Source: Acidobacteriota bacterium
Lineage (GTDB): Bacteria > Acidobacteriota > UBA6911 > JACQSX01
Length of the DNA stretch: 64,000 nt
Reading direction: 5' to 3'
NCBI GenBank assembly: GCA_036507075.1
Contig: DASXQR010000017.1
Span: 93,188 to 157,187, forward strand
Shown in pieces: positions 50,477-59,452 of the stretch. The notes beneath the pieces were generated by a model. That model saw nothing but the letters and a program-made list of their open reading frames with translations. It ran no database searches and was not told where the DNA came from. Every line of letters starts with the position of its first letter. Within the stretch, counting starts at the first letter, position 1. The position numbers and the translations under genes were made by a program.

Positions 50477-50551
50477 GGCGCTATCGTCTAACGGTTAGGA
50501 CGCGGCCCTCTCAAGGCTGAAATACGGGTTCGATTCCCGTTAGCGCTACCA
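50477..50551 (+). tRNA. tRNA-Glu (anticodon CTC)
   Basis: Folded by hand: 7-bp acceptor stem GGCGCTA/TAGCGCT, anticodon stem CGGCC/GGCTG with loop CTCTCAA, T-loop TTCGATT, 3' ACCA; 75 nt. Confidence 0.85.
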
Positions 50552-50625
50552 TCCAGGTTACAAGTTGACAGGAGCAAGAGTTACCAGTTTTGATGAGAAC
50601 TCTGTGGTGGAGGCGGTTTTTTCTG

Positions 50626-50660
50626 GAGAACTGCGGCCCGGCCGAGACCAGAAAGCCGGC
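50626..50660. repeat. short direct tandem 6-mer array (CACGAGC ACGTGC ACGTCA ACGACC ACGACT ACG) downstream of tRNA-Glu
   Basis: Read directly. Confidence 0.6.
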
Positions 50661-50738
50661 CACGAGCACGTGCACGTCAACGACCACGACTACGTCTGAT
50701 GCGTATTCGGTTTTTTAGAATCTTACTAAGAAAATTCT

Positions 50739-52250
50739 CTAATTCTTAGCCTTTGCCGCCGAATTGGCGGAATGCGTCTTGTGCATCAGCTTTTCAATGT
50801 CGCGCATCTGGCGCGGGAGGCGATGCGACAGATGCTGGCAGCCGTCGGCGGTAACCAGGAAATCGTCTTCGATTCGAACACCGATGCCTGTATATTTTTC
50901 GAAGGCAGGCCGAATCTTTTCGATCCACTGGGCGTTCTTTCCGTCCTGCGCCAGCTCCTCAAGCAAGCTCCCGCGGACGTAAATTCCCGGTTCTACAGTC
51001 AGAATCATCCCTGGCTTGAATGCTGTTCCACGGTCGCCGACGTCGTGAACATCCAGACCCAGCCAGTGGCTGGTTCCATGCATAAAAAAACTGCGATACT
51101 GGTCGCTGGCCGGGTCTGTGATCAGACCTAAACGCAGAAGGCCCTGCTTGACAACTTCCACGGCGCGCTGATGCACCTGCTGGATGGTGGCGCCCGGCTT
51201 GATCGCTTTAATCGCTTCTTCCTGTGCGTTAAGGACAATCTGATAGACGTCGGCCTGTGCCGGGGTGAATTTCCCGTCGACGGGCACGGTGCGTGTGATG
51301 TCTGCGGCGTAGTAGTCGAATTCGGCGCCCACATCCATCAACAGTAAATCGCCCGCATTCATTTTCCGGTTGTTCTCTTCGTAGTGCAGAATGGTGGAGT
51401 TTCGGCCGGAGCCGATAATTGACGGAAAAGCGGCTTCTGTTCCGTTTTTGGTGTAATTCGAATCAATCACCGCCTGGACCTCGTACTCGTACATTCCAGG
51501 CGCCACTTTTCGAATTGCGTCCAGCAGTCCATCCGAAGTGATGTCGATGGCGCGTTTCACGTTCTCGATTTCCTGCGCCTCTTTGACCTGGCGGAGCGAA
51601 GCGAATATGTCGCTCGCGTCACGAATATTCACCACCGGGAACCGCTCACGAAGCCTGTTGGCAAATTCAAATTCAGGCGTGAGCTGCCCGCGCAGGCCGG
51701 GATGGTCTTCCAGCAAAAGGAATACCGGGACTTCTCCCATTTTCAAATGAGTGAAGAACCGGGCGTATTCGTCCATATTCAGGTACCGATTCACGCCGTA
51801 GGGTTGGCCGTAAAGCAGGGCGTCGATAAAGTCATCGAATTCGCTGCGGCTGTAAATGTTGCTGATGCCCGAGCTCTGCAGAGCCTCTTCGCGCGTGAGT
51901 CGATGTCCGGTCCAAACCTCGCGTGACGGATTTCGGTCCAGAACGAACAGATTCTCCTTTCGAGTCACCGCCGGAGGCATCAGGACCAGCACCGTTCCTT
52001 CCTGCCTGATGCCGGTCAGGTAGTAAAGGTTATTCTCCTGTCTAAACTTGTAAAGTACATCTCCACTGAATTTTTTTGCCGGCGGGCTGAACAGGATCAG
52101 CATCCCCTGCTCTCCCATCTTTTTCATCACGGCGGCGCGCCGCTGAGCATACGTGTCTGCCAGTGATGAAGCCCGGGCGCGATAACCGGCCAGAGAGCAG
52201 ACGCTGAAAAGCAGGAAAGCGAAAAGGAAGCAACTGGTGATCTTTTTCAT
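50739..52250 (-). CDS. pepP: Xaa-Pro aminopeptidase (M24B)
   Basis: 503 aa; signal peptide; M24 pita-bread metal ligands including HGTSHWLGLDVHD. Confidence 0.9.
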   Translation of the reverse strand: MKKITSCFLFAFLLFSVCSLAGYRARASSLADTYAQRRAAVMKKMGEQGMLILFSPPAKKFSGDVLYKFRQENNLYYLTGIRQEGTVLVLMPPAVTRKENLFVLDRNPSREVWTGHRLTREEALQSSGISNIYSRSEFDDFIDALLYGQPYGVNRYLNMDEYARFFTHLKMGEVPVFLLLEDHPGLRGQLTPEFEFANRLRERFPVVNIRDASDIFASLRQVKEAQEIENVKRAIDITSDGLLDAIRKVAPGMYEYEVQAVIDSNYTKNGTEAAFPSIIGSGRNSTILHYEENNRKMNAGDLLLMDVGAEFDYYAADITRTVPVDGKFTPAQADVYQIVLNAQEEAIKAIKPGATIQQVHQRAVEVVKQGLLRLGLITDPASDQYRSFFMHGTSHWLGLDVHDVGDRGTAFKPGMILTVEPGIYVRGSLLEELAQDGKNAQWIEKIRPAFEKYTGIGVRIEDDFLVTADGCQHLSHRLPRQMRDIEKLMHKTHSANSAAKAKN

Positions 52251-52284
52251 ACTCTCGTATCATTATACAGGTCCGGGCCGGTCA

Positions 52285-52324
52285 GAGTTACGGGTTGAGA
52301 GTTTCAACCCGCAAACCCGGAACC
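52285..52324. repeat. mini palindromic element, GTTACGG family (agagttacgggttgagag tttc aacccgcaaacccggaacc)
   Basis: Read directly, in the divergent gap between pepP and folE. Confidence 0.7.
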
Positions 52325-52335
52325 TTTGAGGAGAT

Positions 52336-52929
52336 ATGCCAGTCAAAATTTCAGAACCACCCGTGGAATCTAAAGAGAAGAGGATCGAAGACAAGCTGCG
52401 CGACTTGATTGAAGAAATGGGCGAAGACCCGGAGCGTGACGGCCTGCGGGAAACACCCCAGAGAATGGCCGAGTCATTCCGATTTTTGACCAGCGGATAC
52501 CGGGTTGATCCCATGAAGCTCATCAAGGACGCGCTTTTCGATGTCAGTTACAACGAAATGGTGATCGTCAAGAACATTGAAGTATTCTCACTTTGCGAAC
52601 ACCACGTCCTCCCCTTTTATGGGAAGTGCCATGTGGCTTATATTCCGAACGGCAGGGTAATCGGACTGAGCAAAATCCCGCGGGTGGTGGACGCGTTTGC
52701 CCGCAGGCTGCAGATCCAGGAGCGCCTGACGGTCCAGATTGCGGAAACAATCGAAGAAGCGGTCCGTCCCAGAGGGGTGGCTGTGGTGATGGAGGCGGTG
52801 CATCTTTGCATGGTGATGCGCGGCGTGGAAAAGCAAAATAGCGTCGCCGTCACAAGCTCCATGCTGGGCACATTCAAGGAGCACATGGAAACCAGGAATG
52901 AATTCCTGAGTCTGATCGGCAGGAAGTAA
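52336..52929 (+). CDS. folE: GTP cyclohydrolase I
   Basis: 197 aa; conserved [20 protein letters not shown] and RLQIQERLT blocks. Confidence 0.95.
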   Translation: MPVKISEPPVESKEKRIEDKLRDLIEEMGEDPERDGLRETPQRMAESFRFLTSGYRVDPMKLIKDALFDVSYNEMVIVKNIEVFSLCEHHVLPFYGKCHVAYIPNGRVIGLSKIPRVVDAFARRLQIQERLTVQIAETIEEAVRPRGVAVVMEAVHLCMVMRGVEKQNSVAVTSSMLGTFKEHMETRNEFLSLIGRK

Positions 52930-52931
52930 AA

Positions 52932-53969
52932 TTGGGCGAAGGCGCGAACAGCGCGATTATGCAAAGTGAAAAAGAGCTTTACTTCAGATACATCGAGAAA
53001 AAAGGCTTAAAGAATACCGAGCAGCGGCTCCAGATTCTTGAGACGTTCCTGCAGATGCCGGGCCATTTCACCGCTTTCGATCTTCACGCGATTGTGAAGA
53101 AGAAAAATCCGCAGATTGGCATCTCTACCGTCTTTCGCACCATGAAACTGCTCGAGGAATGCGGTCTTGCCAAATCCGTCAAGATCAGCGATGAAGAGAA
53201 GAGCTACGAATACAATCCGACGCACCACCATCATCTGGTTTGCTCGGAATGTCATGCCACTATCGAGTTCATCCATCCGACGCTGGAGCGAATCATGGAG
53301 GAGATTCCCCTCGAGTACGGATTCGTTGCCACCGGCCACAAACTGCAGATCTTCGGCACGTGCGAGAAATGTCAGAAGGGCGCCAAGATGGAAAAAGGGG
53401 GCGGGCCCGTACAGGAAAACGTTTCGAAGGTTTTCGAGCGCGATGTGCTCCGCATTTTCGTCCAGACAGAGGAGCGCGGGATCAGGTTCTACAGCTCAAG
53501 ACTGAACCGATTCAAGGAAGACTGGAGCCGCCGTCTTTTCTCCGCGCTGGCAGAGGAAGAGAACCATCACCTGCAGCTGCTGCAGCGCCAGTATCAGAAA
53601 CTGCTGCAGGAAAATCGGTGGCTGGAGGAAAAGCCGCGGTTCTTTATCTTCGATTCCAATGAAGTCGCCAACGCGTTCAGCCGTTCGTCTTCGGACTTCA
53701 AGAAGACTCTCACCGGCCAGGACGATGAAATGAACACCCTGAAAGAAGCCTGGCATATGGAGAAAGAAAATCACGAGTTCTTTGCCAACATGGCGGGAAA
53801 ACTGGACGGCGTGGGCAGAGAACTGTGCCTGGAGTTTGCAGACGAAGAAAAGCATCACATGCAGTTGATCCAGTTTGCCATCGACAACCTTCAGCGGGTC
53901 CGTTCCGATCCCGAGCAGCGCGCCATTTTCATCAAACAACTGGAAAAAGAAATACTGCAGCTTAAATAA
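52932..53969 (+). CDS. Fur-family transcriptional regulator fused to a C-terminal rubrerythrin-like (ferritin-like diiron) domain
   Basis: 345 aa; residues ~15-155 form a complete Fur/PerR domain (TVFR helix, HHHHLVCSEC, GTCEKC); residues ~160-345 carry the four-helix pattern E / EExxH / E / EExxH (VQTEERG, LAEEENHHLQ, MEKENHEFF, FADEEKHHMQ). Confidence 0.8.
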   Translation: MGEGANSAIMQSEKELYFRYIEKKGLKNTEQRLQILETFLQMPGHFTAFDLHAIVKKKNPQIGISTVFRTMKLLEECGLAKSVKISDEEKSYEYNPTHHHHLVCSECHATIEFIHPTLERIMEEIPLEYGFVATGHKLQIFGTCEKCQKGAKMEKGGGPVQENVSKVFERDVLRIFVQTEERGIRFYSSRLNRFKEDWSRRLFSALAEEENHHLQLLQRQYQKLLQENRWLEEKPRFFIFDSNEVANAFSRSSSDFKKTLTGQDDEMNTLKEAWHMEKENHEFFANMAGKLDGVGRELCLEFADEEKHHMQLIQFAIDNLQRVRSDPEQRAIFIKQLEKEILQLK

Positions 53970-54230
53970 CAACCGTAAGAACCAAGCCAGGAGCCGAACC
54001 GCGCGCGTAAGCAAGCGGACCCTGCACTGGGAATTTGACCACGAAGCCACGAAGAGCCGCTATTCATTTTGTTGAACACTTCCCATAACTCGATCAGATT
54101 GTCGAAGAAGTGGCACTTCTAACTTGATCGTTGTTCTTCGGGTCTTCGTGCTTTCGTGGCAAATCCCCAGTGCAGGGTCCGCTTGCTTACGCGCGCGGTT
54201 CGGCTCCTGGCTTGGTTCTTACAACCAACC
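53969..54230. repeat. nested palindromic element: ~68-bp near-perfect outer inverted repeat (53969-54037 and 54160-54230) around CACGAAG-type inner arms and the apex core GAAGTGGCACTTC
   Basis: Read directly; followed by a short CAAC/ACGGACA tandem stretch running into the ATG at 54259. Confidence 0.9.
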
Positions 54231-54258
54231 ACGGACAACGGACAACTGACCACGAACA

Positions 54259-55242
54259 ATGAATTACAGAATACTGGGCAAAAGCGGCCTCCGAGTGAGT
54301 GAAATAGGCTTCGGGTGTTGGGCGATTGGCGGACCCTTCGAGTTGAGCGGGTTGCCGATCGGATGGGGTCCCGTGGATGACAACCAGTCGATAGCCGCAG
54401 TGCGCCGCGCTCTGGAACTGGGTGTGAACTTTTTCGATACCGCCGATGTGTACGGTTTTGGACACAGCGAGAAAATACTGGGCGAAGCGCTGCGCGGGTT
54501 CCGGAATTCGGTTGTGATTGCGTCCAAAGTGGGCAACACCCGCCAGGCGGACGGCATGCGCTTGAAGGATTTTTCCGCGCGCCACATTGTGAAGTCTTGC
54601 GACGATTCCCTTTGCAGGCTGGGAACGGATTACATTGATCTTTACCAGTTGCACAACCCCACCTTGGACCAGATTTTTTCAGGAGATGCGGGAGAGGCGC
54701 TGGAGAAACTTCAGTCGTCGGGAAAAATTCGCAGCTTCGGCGTCTCCATCAGCCATCCTTCAGAAGGCCTGGAAATCATTGGAAGGAACTTCGGCGCTAC
54801 CCTGCAGGTTCTTTATAACGTTTTGAACCAGAAACCGGCGGACGGTTTATTCAATGCCGCCAGGAAAAACGACTGCGGAATTATTGTGCGCGTGCCTCTG
54901 GCCTCCGCTTTACTCACCGGAAAGATCAGATCCGGCAGTTTTGATCCCCGGGACAATCGCAACAATTTCCTCACCGCCTCCAGGCTGCAGGAAGTGCTTC
55001 CAAAAGTAGATCGTTATCTTGAGCTGTGCAGGGATTACTCGCTCCGACCGGTTCAGGCCGCTCTGAAATTCATTCTGGCGCATCCGGCCGTCAGCACCGC
55101 TATACCGGGAGCGAAATCCACCGAGCAGGTTGACGAGAACGTTGCTGCATGCAAAGCGGAAATGCCTCCCGGGATGCTGGAGTCCCTGCGCCGGGAATTC
55201 AGGACCTACAATTTTTATCTGCGTCATGGGATCAAAATATGA
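54259..55242 (+). CDS. aldo/keto reductase
   Basis: 327 aa; AKR catalytic tetrad context (D..Y..K..H), GFGCW N-terminal motif. Confidence 0.9.
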   Translation: MNYRILGKSGLRVSEIGFGCWAIGGPFELSGLPIGWGPVDDNQSIAAVRRALELGVNFFDTADVYGFGHSEKILGEALRGFRNSVVIASKVGNTRQADGMRLKDFSARHIVKSCDDSLCRLGTDYIDLYQLHNPTLDQIFSGDAGEALEKLQSSGKIRSFGVSISHPSEGLEIIGRNFGATLQVLYNVLNQKPADGLFNAARKNDCGIIVRVPLASALLTGKIRSGSFDPRDNRNNFLTASRLQEVLPKVDRYLELCRDYSLRPVQAALKFILAHPAVSTAIPGAKSTEQVDENVAACKAEMPPGMLESLRREFRTYNFYLRHGIKI

Positions 55243-55269
55243 GAACAGCGGTCTACGCGGCTCGATCAA

Positions 55270-55412
55270 AATGCGGATTTCGGAATGCGGAATGCGGAAT
55301 CTCAGAAATGCGGAATGCGGAATGTGGAATAATGTGGAATAAGGAGTAATTTGGGTTTGGGCTTCGCAAATTTCTGTAATATTCCGCATTCCGAAATCCG
55401 CATTTTTACGTA
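55270..55412. repeat. palindromic element, CGGAATG family
   Basis: ttcggaatgcggaatgcggaatctcagaaatgcggaatgcggaatgtggaataatgtggaataagg ... attccgcattccgaaatccgcatttt. Confidence 0.9.
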
Positions 55413-55442
55413 TCTTGGAAAATGTTCACAACTGTTGCCTAC

Positions 55443-56810
55443 TTATCTCAATTTCCGCAAACCCACATTGGCCGCAATTTGAAGCGGGTCCCATAGCGGA
55501 GCGTGCGGCGGGGAATAAGCAAGATCGAGTTGCGCCAGTTGGGTCAAGGTTAACCCCGAGCTGATCGCGCCCACGGCTACGTCAATCCGCTTGCAGGTCC
55601 AGGGACTTCCGGCAATTTGCGCGCCCAGGATCTTTTCCGTTTCCCGGTCGAAAACGATTTTCACAGTGACTTTCTCCCGGGGAGGGAAGTATCCCGCCCG
55701 CGAAGCGGTGCCCACAGAAGCGCTTTCGCAGTTAAATCCCATCCCGCGAGCTTCTCCTTCGCTCAATCCGGTGCGCGCCACGGAAAGCGAAAAGAACCGC
55801 GTGATGGAAGTCTGCAGCACTCCCGGGTATTCGGTTCGCATGCCCGCCATGTTTTCGCCGGCCACTCGACCCTGCTGCACGGCATGAGTTCCCAAAGCGC
55901 TGGCCAGCGCTTTACCGGTGATCCGATGCTTTGCTTCGGCGCAGTTGCCCGCGGCGTAAATCCCGTCCTGGGAGGTTTCCATGCGCGGGTTGACTTCTAT
56001 AGCGCCGCTGCGGCCAATAGCCAGTCCTGCTTTTTGGGCCAGAGCAACGTCGGGAACGACACCGGTGTCCAGCAGGATCATGTCTGCATGATAGCGGGCA
56101 CTCGACGTGACTACGCCGCTGGGAGTATCACTGTGGAAAATTATCTCGCGCACCGGTTCGAAATATCCGATCCTGATGCCGTTAGCAGCGCACTCGCCGG
56201 CAATCAAGGCGGCAATATCTGGATCCACGGCCGAGAAAATCTGCTCGTTTCTTTCGAGAACCTGCACGGAAATCCCTTTTTTAACCAGAGACTCGGCCAT
56301 GTTCAGGCCGATGTAACCGCCTCCCACTACAATCGCGGTACCGGGGTGCCGGTCGTCAATGAATTTTCGAATCGCGACAACGTCTTCAAGCCGGCTGATT
56401 TTGAACACCGAAGGATGGTCGGCTCCATGGATGCTCTGCAGTGCCGGCCGGTAACCGGTGGAGACTAAAAGCTGATCGTAGGGAAGGCGCTCTTCCAGTC
56501 CTGTGCGCGCATCCCGCGCCAGTACTTCTCTTCTGCCTGTGAGTATCTCTGTTGCCTCCCATTCGGTGCGGGCGTTGATTCCCCGCTCGGCCCTGGCCGT
56601 TTCAGGTGTGAGCGCGAGCAACTCCTCTTCGCGGGAGACCAGTCCTTCGACAAAATACGGGGCGCCGCAGATGGAATAGGAGACGTAGCGGCTCTTCTCA
56701 AGAACCACGACTTGCACATCGGGGCGCAGGCGCCGGAGGCGTGAAGCGGCCGTCATGCCTGCGGCATTCCCGCCGATGATGACAACGCGCTGTTTGCCGA
56801 AAAGAGGCAT
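55443..56810 (-). CDS. FAD-dependent pyridine nucleotide-disulfide oxidoreductase (CoA-disulfide reductase / NADH oxidase family)
   Basis: 455 aa; FAD GxGxxG (IIGGNAAG), single redox Cys in VSYSICGAPYF, second NAD(P) Rossmann motif. Confidence 0.85.
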   Translation of the reverse strand: MPLFGKQRVVIIGGNAAGMTAASRLRRLRPDVQVVVLEKSRYVSYSICGAPYFVEGLVSREEELLALTPETARAERGINARTEWEATEILTGRREVLARDARTGLEERLPYDQLLVSTGYRPALQSIHGADHPSVFKISRLEDVVAIRKFIDDRHPGTAIVVGGGYIGLNMAESLVKKGISVQVLERNEQIFSAVDPDIAALIAGECAANGIRIGYFEPVREIIFHSDTPSGVVTSSARYHADMILLDTGVVPDVALAQKAGLAIGRSGAIEVNPRMETSQDGIYAAGNCAEAKHRITGKALASALGTHAVQQGRVAGENMAGMRTEYPGVLQTSITRFFSLSVARTGLSEGEARGMGFNCESASVGTASRAGYFPPREKVTVKIVFDRETEKILGAQIAGSPWTCKRIDVAVGAISSGLTLTQLAQLDLAYSPPHAPLWDPLQIAANVGLRKLR

Positions 56811-56849
56811 GGTCAGTAAGGTATGCCAGAAAACTGTGATTATGGGAAT

Positions 56850-57079
56850 GTTAAGTTACGGCTTGACGAGTTACGGGATCTTTACCACGAAGTCACGAAG
56901 GCACGAAGATTTAACAATTCAGTTAGAAGTGTCACTCCTGCTCGATCGTGGGTGATTTAAGAAATCACACTACAGGATAAATCCTGATTCTTCGTGACTT
57001 CGAGGCTTCGTGGCAAAGAGCCCGTAACTCGTCAACCCGCCAACCCGGAACTCGTTAACCCGTCAACCCCCGTCAACTG
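56850..57079. repeat. composite palindromic element: outer GTTACGG-type arms, inner CACGAAG arms (accacgaagtcacgaaggcacgaag ... cttcgtgacttcgaggcttcgtgg), apex core GAAGTGTCACTC
   Basis: Read directly; inner arm and apex are homologous to 36115-36244. Confidence 0.9.
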
Positions 57080-57147
57080 AATGAGAATTTCACAATTATT
57101 TAATTCCCACACTGCTCCTCCTTCGGTAGCATCGGTTACGGGAGCTC

Positions 57148-57609
57148 ATGCCGTCCGGACAGAGAAGAGAGAAGCGGCTCAGGATCTTGTTTGTGTGCCT
57201 GGGAAACTGCTGCCGAAGCCAGATGGCTGAGGGCCTGGCTCGAAAAATCGCTCCTCAGTACGAGATTTACAGCGCCGGCCTGCTTCCTGCCGGCTTTGTC
57301 AGCTCACAGGCGATCTCGGTGATGCAGGAGGAAGGGATCGAAATCGGCGACCAGGAAAGCAAGGGTCTTGATGCCGTCGACGTGGACCAGATGGACGTAA
57401 TCGTTGCCATGGGCGGATTTCCCGCCGCAGACTTTGTTCCCAGGCCGCAGGGGAAACTGGTCCAGGAATGGGACATCGAAGACCCGATCGGTCGCGACAT
57501 CGGATTCTACCGGAAGACGCGCGCCCAGCTTGCAGACAAAATCACCCGCCTCCTGGCCGAGCTCGAGGGAGAATTTGCCACAAAACCACAAAGTCACGGA
57601 GGATCTTGA
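57148..57609 (+). CDS. low-molecular-weight phosphotyrosine phosphatase / ArsC-like family protein
   Basis: 153 aa; P-loop CLGNCCRSQMAEG (CX5R); lacks the two downstream Cys of thioredoxin-coupled ArsC. Confidence 0.75.
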   Translation: MPSGQRREKRLRILFVCLGNCCRSQMAEGLARKIAPQYEIYSAGLLPAGFVSSQAISVMQEEGIEIGDQESKGLDAVDVDQMDVIVAMGGFPAADFVPRPQGKLVQEWDIEDPIGRDIGFYRKTRAQLADKITRLLAELEGEFATKPQSHGGS

Positions 57610-57684
57610 GGAATCCAGGCTTCTCTCTGTGGCTCGATGGCTTTGCGGCAAATCATGAAAACTGTTATACTTGAGAGGTTTATG

Positions 57685-57927
57685 ATGATTCGAATGTACA
57701 CAACCGTGTGGTGCCCGGACTGCCACGCCGCCAAGAGATTCCTTAAAGAACGTGGCATTGAGTTCCAGGAAATCAATATCGAGGAGGATCCTGGGGCGGT
57801 GGATTTTGTGGTCCAGGCCAATGCGGGACGTCGCAGCGTTCCCACATTTGAAATCGACGGCCGCACATTTAGTTGCAGTCCCTTCAATGCCCGTAAGTTG
57901 AAGGAAAATTTAGGAATTCAGGCATAA
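57685..57927 (+). CDS. glutaredoxin-like small redox protein (CPDC active site)
   Basis: Thioredoxin-fold motif VWCPDC; probable start ATG at 57685, 6 nt after GAGAGG (the track ORF starts at 57637). Confidence 0.7.
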   Translation: MIRMYTTVWCPDCHAAKRFLKERGIEFQEINIEEDPGAVDFVVQANAGRRSVPTFEIDGRTFSCSPFNARKLKENLGIQA

Positions 57928-57931
57928 ATCT

Positions 57932-58462
57932 ATGGAAGAGATGCAAGAGGAGCTTCAGGTCCATATGGCTTCGGCGATTCCCGTGATCGGCGAGTCGAAG
58001 GAGCCTAAGCCAAATTTCATTACCACCACCGTGGAACAGGTCTTTCGCTGGGCCCGGAAATCATCGCTCTGGCCGATGACCTTTGGCCTGGCCTGCTGTG
58101 CCATCGAGATGATGGCTACGGGCGCTTCTCGTTTTGACATGGACCGTTTTGGCGCCGGGATTTTTCGTCCCAGCCCCCGCCAGTCCGATCTGATCATTAT
58201 CGCGGGAACCGTGACTCTGAAGATGGCGCCGATCGTGAAGCGCGTGTACGACCAGATGCCCGATCCCAAGTGGGTGATCTCCATGGGCGCCTGCTCAAAT
58301 TGCGGTGGTCCTTTCAATTCCTATTCGGTTCTGCAGGGAGTCGACAAGGTGATTCCGGTGGACGTTTACATTCCGGGATGCCCTCCCCGGCCGGAGGCTC
58401 TGCTGTACGGAGTGATGAGACTGCAGGACAAGATCATGGGTAAAGCCGGAAAGGTCGCTTAA
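57932..58462 (+). CDS. nuoB: NADH-quinone oxidoreductase subunit B, copy 1
   Basis: 176 aa; N2-cluster cysteines ([20 protein letters not shown]). Confidence 0.9.
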   Translation: MEEMQEELQVHMASAIPVIGESKEPKPNFITTTVEQVFRWARKSSLWPMTFGLACCAIEMMATGASRFDMDRFGAGIFRPSPRQSDLIIIAGTVTLKMAPIVKRVYDQMPDPKWVISMGACSNCGGPFNSYSVLQGVDKVIPVDVYIPGCPPRPEALLYGVMRLQDKIMGKAGKVA

Positions 58463-58464
58463 AT

Positions 58465-58932
58465 ATGAACTTGCTGCGGCGCATCTTGTTCATCGACATT
58501 ATCAAAGGTTTGTTGATCACGTTTCCTTACATGTTCCGCCGTACTTATACGGAACAATATCCGACGCAGCGGCCGCAGATTGCGGAACGGTACCGAGGTG
58601 CGCCGCGATTGAATCTTGATCCTGAGACCAAAGAGACGTTGTGCATCTCATGCAACCTCTGCGCCCTGGCCTGCCCGGAGGACCTGATCGTAGTTACCAG
58701 CGAACGGGATCCAAAGACCAGCCGAAAAATCCTGCAGGAGTTTACCTTTGACCTGTCACGCTGCCTGTTCTGCGGATTGTGCCAGGAAGCATGTCCGGTC
58801 AATGCCATCGAACTGACACAGTATTTCGAACTGGCTGCCTACGACAAGAACGGTTCGAAATGGGACAAGTACAAACTTGAGCACGGACCAACAGCGCTGC
58901 CCGGCTTGAGCCCGACGTCTGATGCGAAATGA
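58465..58932 (+). CDS. nuoI: NADH-quinone oxidoreductase subunit I (2x[4Fe-4S])
   Basis: 155 aa; two CxxCxxCxxxCP motifs. Confidence 0.9.
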   Translation: MNLLRRILFIDIIKGLLITFPYMFRRTYTEQYPTQRPQIAERYRGAPRLNLDPETKETLCISCNLCALACPEDLIVVTSERDPKTSRKILQEFTFDLSRCLFCGLCQEACPVNAIELTQYFELAAYDKNGSKWDKYKLEHGPTALPGLSPTSDAK

Positions 58933-59435
58933 AGAGTTACAAGATCATTCAGTATCCCGACCCGATACTGCGCAAAGTGGCGCCGCCCGTTAAAGTATTT
59001 GACCGAAAGCTTGCGTCAGCGGCGCAAAGGATGATCGCGACGATGTACCGGAACAAAGGAGTCGGTCTGGCCGGGCCGCAGGTCAATCTCCTGGAGCGCA
59101 TCCTGGTCATCGATACTTCGGAGAATCGAGACCAGCCTCGCGTGGTGATCAATCCTGAGATCCTTCATTCTGAAGGCAAGATCGCCATGGAGGAAGGGTG
59201 TCTCAGTATCCCCGACGTGAGAATCCGTGTCGTGAGGGCGGCGCAGGTCACCGTCAAGGCCCAGGACGAACTGGGGCGCTTTTTCCAAATCACGGCAAGC
59301 GACCTGGAGGCAGTCGTCTTCCAGCATGAGATCGATCACCTCAATGGTGTTCTGATCCTGGATTACGCCTCACCCGAGGCGGAGTTCGGGCCGCAAGCAG
59401 ACAGTGAAAAACCATCGCGTCTGGCCTCGCGATGA
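58929..59435 (+). CDS. def: peptide deformylase
   Basis: 168 aa; GVGLAGPQ, EGCLS and QHEIDHLNG motifs; ATGA overlap with nuoI. Confidence 0.9.
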   Translation: MKSYKIIQYPDPILRKVAPPVKVFDRKLASAAQRMIATMYRNKGVGLAGPQVNLLERILVIDTSENRDQPRVVINPEILHSEGKIAMEEGCLSIPDVRIRVVRAAQVTVKAQDELGRFFQITASDLEAVVFQHEIDHLNGVLILDYASPEAEFGPQADSEKPSRLASR

Positions 59436-59452
59436 ATCACGCGCGATGAATC

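Noticed and set aside
57932-58932. The nuoB-nuoI pair as a hydrogenase small subunit plus ferredoxin module
   Set aside because: NuoB copy 1 has the complex I N2 motifs and lacks hydrogenase small-subunit extra clusters, and no NiFe large subunit is adjacent.
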